Of a stretch of DNA of 64,000 nucleotides, positions 16,012 through 24,660 are shown one piece after another. Every line of letters begins with the position of its first letter. Position 1 is the stretch's first letter. The notes under the pieces were generated by a model. That model was given only the letters and a program-made list of their open reading frames with translations, had not been told where the DNA came from and ran no database searches. Source of the stretch: Planctomycetota bacterium (GTDB lineage: Bacteria; Planctomycetota; PLA2; JAEUHO01). The translations under genes and the position numbers were made by a program. The stretch is taken from NCBI GenBank assembly GCA_046350655.1, contig JAXMAB010000013.1, positions 54,785-118,784 on the forward strand, given 5' to 3'.

Positions 16012-16152
16012 GGAAGGAGCCTCCCGGGGAACGAACCCAGGGTAGGGGTGGGGGGGGACAGGGAGGTTCCCCGGGGGGACCGACCCGGCGGCGGCCGGGC
16101 CTCGCGGTCCCGTGGGTCGCCGTAAGCCTTTGTAAAGGCGAAGGTTACGACC

Positions 16153-16851
16153 CTAGCGAGTGACGACCTCGCCCACCTCGACGACGTCGCCGGTCCGGAG
16201 GAGGACCGCGCGGAAGGTACGGCGGTCCTCGTCGGGGGTGCCCTCGAAGCGGACGGTCGTCAGCTCGACGCGGGTCGGGCGATCGATGCGGTAGGCGTGC
16301 GCCTGGACGCGCAGCGTGCCCTTCGGCGTGCGCGCCTGGGTGTACGTCTCGGGGCCGAAGCCGGTGGTGACGTCGGTGTCGAGCGTGCCGCCCGCCTTGC
16401 CCGCGCGGTTGCCGTAGAAGACCTTCTCGCCGTCGGGGCCCGTGAGCCAGAGGTCGACGTCGGTGCCCGGCGTGTCCCAGGTGAGCGTGACGCGGAGGTC
16501 CTTCGCGGGGACCTGCGCGAAGACGGCGACCTCGTCCGAGGCGTCCACGCCGTCGCGGGTGACGACGGCGCGCAGCGTGTTGAGGCCCGGCGCGAGGACC
16601 TGCGGTTGCTCGAAGCGGCCGGCCGCGATCGCGACGGAGAGGGGGATGCCGTTGACGACGAGGGTGGCGCGGCCCTCGTTGAGGCCCTCGACGAGGCCCT
16701 TCACGGCGACGATGCGCTCGGAGGTCATGCCGCCGCGCGGCGACTCGATGCGGACCTTGAGCGCGCGCGGGGCGGGCTCCGCGCGGACGGACGACACGAG
16801 CGCGGCGGCGAGGGCGGCCGCGGCGAGCGGGAGGAGGGCGAGGCGGCGCAT
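16153..16851 (-). CDS. DUF2135 / YfaP-family exported protein
   Basis: Signal peptide; LRVTLTWDTPGTDVDLWLTGPDGE...LDTDVTTGFGPETY; ATG 1 nt after the macroglobulin stop. Confidence 0.88.
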   Translation of the reverse strand: MRRLALLPLAAAALAAALVSSVRAEPAPRALKVRIESPRGGMTSERIVAVKGLVEGLNEGRATLVVNGIPLSVAIAAGRFEQPQVLAPGLNTLRAVVTRDGVDASDEVAVFAQVPAKDLRVTLTWDTPGTDVDLWLTGPDGEKVFYGNRAGKAGGTLDTDVTTGFGPETYTQARTPKGTLRVQAHAYRIDRPTRVELTTVRFEGTPDEDRRTFRAVLLRTGDVVEVGEVVTR

Positions 16852-16852
16852 G

Positions 16853-19800
16853 TCAGCGTCCCTTCTCGGCGCCGGCGGCGCCGTCGCGGCGGATCTCGAA
16901 GGCCTCGCCGGCGCTGTGGCCGGCGACCGTCGGGAAGTACATGAGCTCGGCGGAGGCCGGGAGCGCGGTGAACGCGCCGACGTGCACCGCGCGGACGCGG
17001 TGGCGGAAGACGTGCGTGCCCGGGGCGAGCCGCGTGACGAAGAAGACGGCGCGGTCGTCGCGGGTCTCGGCGTGCGCGGTCGGCGTGGCCTCCTTCACGG
17101 GCGTGGCGTAGACGGTGCCGAGGTCGCGTTCGGGCTCGAAGCCCGCGACGAACGGGCTCGTGACCATGACCAGCTCGCGGGCGGTGGAGGTCGTGACGGT
17201 CACGTCGACCTCGAGCAGCGCGCCGGAGGGCACGGTCTCGGTGACGGGGCGGCGGGTGGTGACGACCTTGCCGCCGGCGTCCTTCGTCTCGAGGAGCCAC
17301 CAGGTGCGCGAGACGGTGAAGCCCGCGTCGGCGGCGGCGATGGCGGGGCCGGTGTCGGTGAAGCGCAGCGCGGCGGTGACGGTGACCGGGCCCTGGCTCG
17401 TCGCGGTGAGGCGGATGGGGCCCTGGGGGAGCTCGGCGTCGCCGAGCTCGAGGACGCCGGCGCCGCCGAACGCGTCGGCGGCGGTGACGATCACGGCCTT
17501 GAGCGGCAGGCCGTTGAGCTCGAGGTCGACGCGGCGGTCCACGCCGAGGTCGTCGTTCGCCGCGGCGTAGCGCGTGAGGAAGGCGACGCAGGCGGCGGTG
17601 TCGCGGGTGCTCTGCCAGTGGTCGCCGCCGGCGCGCGCGGCGAGGAGCCAGCGGACGGCGCCCGCGAGGTCGGGGTGCTTCGGGTCGAGCGCGAGGAGCG
17701 CGCCGGCGACCCAGGCGGTGGTCTCGACGGGGTCGGACGACCAGCGGCCGGGCGCGCCGCGGCCCGCCCAGCGCACGCCGGCGGCGTCGCGCGTGACGTT
17801 CTCGTCGAGGACCGCGAGCCACGACGCGGCGCGCTTGGGCGCCCCGGCCGCGGCCCACGCCCGGATCGCGAACGCGGCGGTCATGGGCTCGACGGCGCCG
17901 GCGATGCGGTCGGCCGGGCCGTCCGTGAGGACGCCGTCGGGGAGGACGTCGGCGTCGGTCACGGCGTCGGCGTCGGCGAGCGCCATGCGGACCCACTGCT
18001 CGACGGGGTCGAGGGGGTTCGCGCCGGCCTTCACGTGGGCGACGAGCCACGGCGTCGCGCGGTCGAGGATCGCGTGCGCGGGCGCGGGGTCGGCCATCAC
18101 CGCGACGGCGCGCGTGAGGCCGTGGACGACGTACGCGGTCATGTAGGCGTCCGACGCGTCCTGCTCCCACCAGCCGAAGCCGCCGTCGGCGTGCTGCAGC
18201 GCGCGGAGCCGGGCGAGGCCCGCGTCGAGTTGCTTCACGAGGTCGGCGCCGGGCGCGGCGGGGGCGGCGCCGAACGTGTCGTGGGCCGCCTTCGCGACGA
18301 CGACCGGCACGAGGCGGCTCATGGTCTGCTCGGTGCAGCCGTACGGGTAGTCCGCGAGGTACGGCAGCGCGGCGCCGACGGCCTGCGCGACGCTCGGCAC
18401 GACCGACACCACGAGCCGCGCGGTGCCCGCCTCGGCCGTGGGCGGCAGGGCGAGCGGCGGCAGCTCGAGGCGGCCGCGTTCGACGCTGGCCGTCGCGACG
18501 CGCGACGAGGGCACGCCCTGGGGCAGGACCTCGAGCGTCGCGACGGACGCGTCGCCGCCGGCCTGGGTGCGCAGCTCCGCGCGGACCGACGCCTTGCCGA
18601 GGCGCGGCGCCGAGAGCGTCACGTCGTGGGTCACGACGGCGCCGGCGCGGAGCGTCTCGGTGGTCGTGCGCGCGCCCCCGAGCTCGACGCCGGTCGCGGA
18701 GACGACGCCCTCGGCCGCGGCGTCGGTCGAGAGGAGGCTGTGGAGGACCCACGGCGCGACCACGCGGTCGGTGCGCCGCAGGAACCGCGGCAGCGTCACG
18801 CGCGTCACGACCTGCTTCACGGTCCGCAGCGTCGTCGTGGACGTGCCGACGCGGGTGCCGGCGTCGACGGCGTGCGCGGTGACGCGCCAGCGCGTCAACG
18901 AGCCGCCCATGGTGACGGGGCCGACGTCGACGCGGCCGTCCGGGCCGGTGCGGAGCGTCGGCGCCCAGAAGATCGACGTGCGGAAGTCCGCGCGGGTCGC
19001 GAGCGGGCCTTCCGAGTCCTCGCGGGCCGCGGCCTTCTTGGGCGCTTCCCCGTCGTCGAGGCTCCGCTCGCGCTCGCCGGCGGCGGGCCCTCCCTCGCGG
19101 GGCGACCCGGTGCCGCCGTCGGCGTCCCGTGCCGGCGGGCTGCCGGGCGCGGCGGCCGGCGGCATCGCGCCCGCCGACAGGGCGGGCCGCGGCGCGGCGT
19201 TCGGCTCCGGCGCGTCCGCGCCGGCGGCGCGGCCGTCGCCGTCCTGCAGCTCGTCGCGCTTCTTCTCGACCTCGGCCCGCACGGCCCAGCCGACGGACGC
19301 GAGGTCGACGGCGCCGCCGGTGCGCACGTCGTTGCGCCGGACCGGGTGGAAGAACGGGGCGAGCGGCGCGAACGGGTCGGCGTAGAGCGCGTAGAGCGCG
19401 TCGTCGACGATGGCGATCGCGACCTCGGCGCCCGCGACGGGCGCGCCGGCGGCGTCGGTCACCGTCGCGGTGACGGGGACGACCTCGCCGGGCTCGAGCT
19501 CGGTCTTCGCCGCGGTCACCGTCGGCACGAGCACGCGGTCGACCGGCGGCACGCGCAGCAGCTTCTCCGCGGCGAGGACGTGGCCGTGGTCGACGAGCAC
19601 CACGCCGACGTACGCGTTCGGCACGTGGGCCGGCGTCACCTTCACCTCGACGACGTGCGCGGCGCCGCGCGCGTCGGTGCCGCCGAGGGCCACCGTGTCC
19701 CACGCGAGGAGCCGCGCGCCCTCGACGGTCGAGAGGAAGGGGCGCGCGCCGACGGGCGACAACACGAGCAGGCGCGCGACGTCGCCCACGGCATACGTGT

Positions 19801-21670
19801 CGCGGTCGGCGATCACCTCGAGGTGGTCGCCGGAGAACCCGACGTCGGCGCGGTCGCCGACGACCCAGACGTGCACGACCGCGTGGGCCGGCGGGCCCGC
19901 GGGCTCGGTGGCGAGGCGGGGCACGGCGACCGCCACGGCGTAGCGGCCCTGCTCGGCGAACGGCACCTCGAGGGTCACGCGGCCGTCCGGGCCCGTGGTG
20001 ACGGGGTACGAGCCGAGGAAGCGCTCCTCGGGGCCGCCGGCGGGGCCCGCCTCGTCGCGCACGAGCGACGTGGTGACGACGCCGGCCCGGCCCGCGGCGG
20101 GGCTGCCGTCGGCGAGGACCGCGGTGACCTCGACCTTCGCGGTGGCCTCGACGCCGTACAGGTGTTTGTCGGTGCGGACGCCGACGGCGAGCGGCGCCGC
20201 CGAGAAGCCCGCCGTGCCGCTGCCCGCCGCGGTCGTGCGGTCCGGGCCCGTCGCGACGATCGCGAGCGTCAGGAAGCCGTCCTCGCCCTTCGTGGGCGCC
20301 TTCGCCGTCACGCGCGCGCGCCCGGCCGCGTCGAGGGTGCCCGCGCCCTGCGCGACCGGCTCGGGGGCGAACGCCTCGCGCTCGCTCGCGAAGAAGAGCT
20401 TCGCCAGCGCGTCCGTCGGGAAGAGGTCGCGGGTGGCGCGGTGGTACGTGAGCGTCCACGTGAACGGGGCGTTCGCGAGCGGGCCGCCCTCGAAGAAGGC
20501 GCCGCTCACGTCGAACGAGAGGTCGCCGCCCGGCAGCACGCGCGCGGGCGTCGGCGTCGCGAGCACCTCGAACGTCGGCTTGCGGTACGCCTCGACGCGG
20601 TAGGGGGCCTCGTAGGCCTTCGCGCCGACGTCGACGACGACCTTCGCGTCGCCGGTCCGCGCCGTCTCCGGGAGGTCGAAGCCCGCCGCGAACGTGCCGA
20701 GGTCGGTCGAGACCGTGGCCTTCGCGGCGCCCATCTCCATGCCGTCCGCGCCCAGGAACCGCACCAGGACCTCGACGACGTCGGCGTCGAGCGCGTACGC
20801 GCCGTCGCGCCACGCGCGCACGATGCCCTTCACCTCGACGCGCTCGCCGGGCCGGTAGGCCGGCTGGCTCGTCGCGACGTGGACGCGGCGGTCCGCCACG
20901 TCGGCGGGGTAATAGGTGTCGGTGCCGAACGCGAGGTGGTCGGCGGACGACGCGGTCACGTCCGCCGTCGCGGGCAGCGTCGCGTCGAGCCGCAGCAGGC
21001 CCTCGGCGTCCGTCGTGCCCGACGCGAGCACGGCGACGCCGCGCCGCACCTCGACCTTCGCGCCCTCGACGGCCTCCCCCGTGGTGCGGTCCACGCAGAA
21101 CGCGAGCAGGCCCTTCGGGTCGCGCTTCGTGACGAGCGCGAGGCGCGACACGAGCGCGACGACGCCGGTCACCGACCGGCCGTCGCTCACCTCGAGCAGG
21201 TAGAGGCCGGCCGCGGGCAGCGGCACCTCGATCGTGGCCGACGGCAACGCGGGCGCGGCGCCCTCGGCCGGCGGCGCGGTCGGCGCCTTCAGCGCGCCCG
21301 TCGCGGCCGCGACGAACGTGAGCTCGACGCCGGCGGGCGTGGTCCCGTTCCCGTCGAGCGGCCCGACGCCGGCCGGCGCGGGCTTCCCCGCCTTCGCGCG
21401 CGCGGCCGCGACGGCGGGCCGCAGCGACGCGTAGGCGAGCGCGCCGTCGCGCAGGTCCACGTGACCGAGGAGCGCGCCGGCGCCGTCCACGCGGTAGGCC
21501 GCGATCGCGACCGGGCCCGCGCGGTCCGCGCGCACGTGCACGAGGGCGCGCTCCCCGGGGGCGGCCGTGTGGTCCACGGTGGCATACAGCTCGTCGGCGG
21601 CGGCGGGCCCGGCGAAGGCCGCGGCGGCGACGGCGAGGGCGAGGGCGAACGCGAGGCGGGGCGTGGACAT
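16853..21670 (-). CDS. Bacterial alpha-2-macroglobulin with intact thioester motif (1605 aa)
   Basis: Signal peptide MSTPRLAFALAL; MG domains (YRPGERVEVKG, VEAYRKPTFEV); YPYGCTEQTMS (CTEQ 18326-18337); QHADGGFGWW; C-terminal ELMYFP. Confidence 0.93.
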   Translation of the reverse strand: MSTPRLAFALALAVAAAAFAGPAAADELYATVDHTAAPGERALVHVRADRAGPVAIAAYRVDGAGALLGHVDLRDGALAYASLRPAVAAARAKAGKPAPAGVGPLDGNGTTPAGVELTFVAAATGALKAPTAPPAEGAAPALPSATIEVPLPAAGLYLLEVSDGRSVTGVVALVSRLALVTKRDPKGLLAFCVDRTTGEAVEGAKVEVRRGVAVLASGTTDAEGLLRLDATLPATADVTASSADHLAFGTDTYYPADVADRRVHVATSQPAYRPGERVEVKGIVRAWRDGAYALDADVVEVLVRFLGADGMEMGAAKATVSTDLGTFAAGFDLPETARTGDAKVVVDVGAKAYEAPYRVEAYRKPTFEVLATPTPARVLPGGDLSFDVSGAFFEGGPLANAPFTWTLTYHRATRDLFPTDALAKLFFASEREAFAPEPVAQGAGTLDAAGRARVTAKAPTKGEDGFLTLAIVATGPDRTTAAGSGTAGFSAAPLAVGVRTDKHLYGVEATAKVEVTAVLADGSPAAGRAGVVTTSLVRDEAGPAGGPEERFLGSYPVTTGPDGRVTLEVPFAEQGRYAVAVAVPRLATEPAGPPAHAVVHVWVVGDRADVGFSGDHLEVIADRDTYAVGDVARLLVLSPVGARPFLSTVEGARLLAWDTVALGGTDARGAAHVVEVKVTPAHVPNAYVGVVLVDHGHVLAAEKLLRVPPVDRVLVPTVTAAKTELEPGEVVPVTATVTDAAGAPVAGAEVAIAIVDDALYALYADPFAPLAPFFHPVRRNDVRTGGAVDLASVGWAVRAEVEKKRDELQDGDGRAAGADAPEPNAAPRPALSAGAMPPAAAPGSPPARDADGGTGSPREGGPAAGERERSLDDGEAPKKAAAREDSEGPLATRADFRTSIFWAPTLRTGPDGRVDVGPVTMGGSLTRWRVTAHAVDAGTRVGTSTTTLRTVKQVVTRVTLPRFLRRTDRVVAPWVLHSLLSTDAAAEGVVSATGVELGGARTTTETLRAGAVVTHDVTLSAPRLGKASVRAELRTQAGGDASVATLEVLPQGVPSSRVATASVERGRLELPPLALPPTAEAGTARLVVSVVPSVAQAVGAALPYLADYPYGCTEQTMSRLVPVVVAKAAHDTFGAAPAAPGADLVKQLDAGLARLRALQHADGGFGWWEQDASDAYMTAYVVHGLTRAVAVMADPAPAHAILDRATPWLVAHVKAGANPLDPVEQWVRMALADADAVTDADVLPDGVLTDGPADRIAGAVEPMTAAFAIRAWAAAGAPKRAASWLAVLDENVTRDAAGVRWAGRGAPGRWSSDPVETTAWVAGALLALDPKHPDLAGAVRWLLAARAGGDHWQSTRDTAACVAFLTRYAAANDDLGVDRRVDLELNGLPLKAVIVTAADAFGGAGVLELGDAELPQGPIRLTATSQGPVTVTAALRFTDTGPAIAAADAGFTVSRTWWLLETKDAGGKVVTTRRPVTETVPSGALLEVDVTVTTSTARELVMVTSPFVAGFEPERDLGTVYATPVKEATPTAHAETRDDRAVFFVTRLAPGTHVFRHRVRAVHVGAFTALPASAELMYFPTVAGHSAGEAFEIRRDGAAGAEKGR

Positions 21671-21702
21671 GGCGGTTCCCGGGGGCGTGGGCGACGGGGC
21701 GA

Positions 21703-22533
21703 CTACTTCGACACAGGTCCGCGGGGCGGAGTTCCGGCGCTGGGGAACGACGGGGGCCGTCCGGCCACCGCCGACGCGAGGCCCGCGGCGGCGTCGGGGT
21801 CGGCGAGCGCGACGCGCTGCGACGTCGTCTCGTCCTCGAGCGCGTCGCCGAGGCTGCGCGTCGCGTCCTCGGCGAGGAGCCGCTTCACCAGCCGCAGCGC
21901 GGTGGCCGGCCCGGCGGCGACGCGGTGCGCGAGCGCGAGCGCCCGCGCGAGCACGGCCGCGCGCGGCGCGGTCTCGACGGCGAGGCCGAGACGCACCGCC
22001 TCGTCCGCCGTCACGGCGCGGTCCGGCAGCAGCAGCAGCGCCCGCGCGCGCGCGGCGCCGAGGAGGCGGACGAGGTGGTGCGGCGCGCCGCCGACCGGCA
22101 CGAGGCCGAGCGTCGCGTACCCCGTCGAGAACGCCACGTCGTCGGCGACGACGCGCAGGTCGCACGCGAGCGCGAGGTCGAACCCCGCGCCCGACGCGAC
22201 GCCCGCGACGGCGGCGATCGTCGGCTTCGGGCCCTCGGCGAGCCGGAGCACGGCCTGCTGCAGGACCGGCGACAGCCGCTCGAAGAACTCCTCGAGCCGG
22301 CCCGCGGCCGACGCGGCGGCGAGCGCGGCGACGTCGAACCCGCGGCAGAAGTCGGCCCCGTCGCCCGCGAGCACGATCGCGCGCACCTCGGCGGCGTGGA
22401 CGGCGTCCGAGACGGCGGCGCCGAGCGCGCGCACGAGCTCGGCGTCGAGCGCGTTGCCGGCGGCCGGGCGCGAGAGGGTCAGGACGCGCACGGGACCGTC
22501 GTCCCGCACGGTCAGGGGGGAGGCGGGGGGCAT
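21703..22533 (-). CDS. Enoyl-CoA hydratase/isomerase (crotonase) family, PaaG-like
   Basis: VLTLSRPAAGNAL, FCRGFD, KPTIAAVAGVASGAGFDLALACDLR; GGAGA RBS. Confidence 0.9.
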   Translation of the reverse strand: MPPASPLTVRDDGPVRVLTLSRPAAGNALDAELVRALGAAVSDAVHAAEVRAIVLAGDGADFCRGFDVAALAAASAAGRLEEFFERLSPVLQQAVLRLAEGPKPTIAAVAGVASGAGFDLALACDLRVVADDVAFSTGYATLGLVPVGGAPHHLVRLLGAARARALLLLPDRAVTADEAVRLGLAVETAPRAAVLARALALAHRVAAGPATALRLVKRLLAEDATRSLGDALEDETTSQRVALADPDAAAGLASAVAGRPPSFPSAGTPPRGPVSK

Positions 22534-22629
22534 GGCAGGGTCTCCGGGGCCCGAGTATGCGGGCACCGCCGACCCGGACGCGGTTCGGAGCGGGAGCGTC
22601 GGGCACCTCCCGGGTACCTTGTCGCCGCC

Positions 22630-24660
22630 ATGCCGACGCGCCCGCGGTCCGTCCTCCCGTCCATCCTGCTCGTGGCGTCCCTGCTCGCCGGCGTCGGGGG
22701 CACGATCCCGGCCGTCGTCGCGGAGGACGCGCCGCCGCCCAAGGCCCCGGAACCGCCGCCCAAGGCCCCCGAGCCGCCGCCGAAGGCGCCCGAGCCGCCC
22801 GCCATGGAGACGCCGCCGCCCGCGATGGGCGAGACGCCGCCGGCGATGGACGAACCGCCCGCGATGGACGCGCCGCCGGCGATGGCCGAGCCGCCGGCAA
22901 TGGAGACGCCCCCGGCGATGGCCGAACCCCCGGCGATGGCGCCGGATGCCGCGGCCATGGACGCGCCGCCCCCCGCGATGGCGGAGGCGCCGGCGATGGC
23001 CGAGCCGCCGCCGCCCCCGCCCGCCGACGCGGGCCCGGTCTCGCCCACCGGGCGGCCCGGGCTGCCGCTGCGGTACCGCACGCCCGACGAGGTGAAGGCG
23101 GCGCTCGACGCGATCGCGGCGCGGCCCGCGTGGGGGGCACGCAAGGCCCGGGTCGAGCGGTACGGCACGAGCGCCGGCGGGCGCCCGTTGTGGGTCCTCC
23201 GCATCGGCCCCGACGCCGCGCCGCAGGTGCTCGTGCACGGCGGGCTCGGCGCACGCGATGCGGCGGGCACCGTCGCGGCGATCGCGTTCGCCGACGCGAC
23301 CCTCCCCGACGTGACGCCGGCCGAGGGCGGCGCCGCGCCGCCGCCGCCGGACGACCGGGTCGGGTGGCTCGTGATCCCCGCGCCGAACCCGGACGCGCTC
23401 GCCGCGTTTCTCGAGGGCAAGCCGCGGCTGGGCGGACCCGACGTCGACCGCGACCAGGACGGCCGCGCCGGCGAGGACGGCCCCGACGACCTCGACGGCG
23501 ACGGCGAGGTCGTGTCGATGCGGCGCCGCGCGCCCGACGGCCCGTTCGTCGCGGACGACGCCCCGCCGAAGGACGGCAAGGCCCTGGGCGACCCGCGCGC
23601 GATGAAGGAGGCGGGCACGGACGCGCGCCGCGCCGCCAGCTTCACGCGTCCGGTCGAGGAGGGCAAGGACGACGACGGCGACGGCGACGTCAACGAGGAC
23701 CCGCCCGGCACCGACCTCGCGCGCAACCTGATGGGGGTGTGGGAGGAGATGGGCGCGTGGCCGGGCGACGGGCCGTTCCCGGGCAGCGCCCCCGAGGCGA
23801 AGGCGCTCCTCGACCTGTCGTGGGACACGCCGGCGCTGGTCGGCTGGTACGCGTTCACGTCGGAGGGCGCGCGGCTCGAGCGCGCGAGCGAGCGCGGGAA
23901 CGACGCCGACGCCGACGACGCGCTCTACGGCCGGCTCGCGGGCCCGTGGCGCGAGGCCGCCGGCGGCGTCGAGCTGCGCAAGGCGTCGGAGCGGCCCGGC
24001 GCGTCGGAGAACCGCGGCAGCGACCTCGACTGGGCGGCGCGCCACCTCGGCGTCCCGGCCCTGCGCGTCCCGGTGTGGCGCATCGCGAAGGAGGCGGGCA
24101 GCGCGCGCGACCGCCACGACCCCGACGAGGTCGACTGGCTGCTCTGGAACGACCGCGTGCTCGGCGGGAAGGGCTTCGTGCCGTGGCACGAGGTCGCGCA
24201 CCCGCAGCTCGGCACCGTCGAGGTGGGCGGCTGGAAGCGCTTCACGCGGTGGGAGCCGCCGGCCGACCTCCTGCCCGAAGCGGTGCGCCGCGTGATGCGC
24301 GTGCCGTCGGTCCACGCGGCGTTCGCGCCGCGGCTCGCGGTGCGCGTCGAGGTGACCGCGCGCGGCGCGGGCCTCGCGTCGCTGAAGGTGCGCGTCGACA
24401 ACGTGGGCGGCGCGGCGACGGACACGGTGCGCGCCGAGCGCGCGGCGCGCGCGACGCCGGTGCGGCTCGACTTCGCGCCGGCCGAGGGCGTCGAGGTGCT
24501 CGCGGGCCCGAGGTCGGTGGGGCTCGGCACGCTCCCCGCGGGGGGCGTCTCGGCGCCGACCGAGTGGCTCGTCCGGCGCGCGGGGCCCGGCCCGCTCGGC
24601 GTCGCCACCGCCACGCACCGCGTCGCGGGCGTCGCGACCGCCGAAGGGAGGCTGCCGTGA
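22630..24660 (+). CDS. Exported M14 carboxypeptidase homolog, predicted catalytically inactive
   Basis: Signal peptide; paralogous to the next gene (ERYGTSAGGRPLWVL, NPDAL, DxDxDG inserts, HPQLGTVEVGGW). HxxE is replaced by GARD, the third His by T, and the catalytic Glu by P. Confidence 0.8.
   Translation: MPTRPRSVLPSILLVASLLAGVGGTIPAVVAEDAPPPKAPEPPPKAPEPPPKAPEPPAMETPPPAMGETPPAMDEPPAMDAPPAMAEPPAMETPPAMAEPPAMAPDAAAMDAPPPAMAEAPAMAEPPPPPPADAGPVSPTGRPGLPLRYRTPDEVKAALDAIAARPAWGARKARVERYGTSAGGRPLWVLRIGPDAAPQVLVHGGLGARDAAGTVAAIAFADATLPDVTPAEGGAAPPPPDDRVGWLVIPAPNPDALAAFLEGKPRLGGPDVDRDQDGRAGEDGPDDLDGDGEVVSMRRRAPDGPFVADDAPPKDGKALGDPRAMKEAGTDARRAASFTRPVEEGKDDDGDGDVNEDPPGTDLARNLMGVWEEMGAWPGDGPFPGSAPEAKALLDLSWDTPALVGWYAFTSEGARLERASERGNDADADDALYGRLAGPWREAAGGVELRKASERPGASENRGSDLDWAARHLGVPALRVPVWRIAKEAGSARDRHDPDEVDWLLWNDRVLGGKGFVPWHEVAHPQLGTVEVGGWKRFTRWEPPADLLPEAVRRVMRVPSVHAAFAPRLAVRVEVTARGAGLASLKVRVDNVGGAATDTVRAERAARATPVRLDFAPAEGVEVLAGPRSVGLGTLPAGGVSAPTEWLVRRAGPGPLGVATATHRVAGVATAEGRLP
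22731..23025 (+). repeat. Intragenic low-complexity repeats: PPKAPE x3, then about 11 PAM-containing 6-7 aa units
   Basis: Direct translation PPKAPEPPPKAPEPPPKAPEPPAMETPPPAMGETPPAMDEPPAMDAPPAMAE... Confidence 0.9.
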
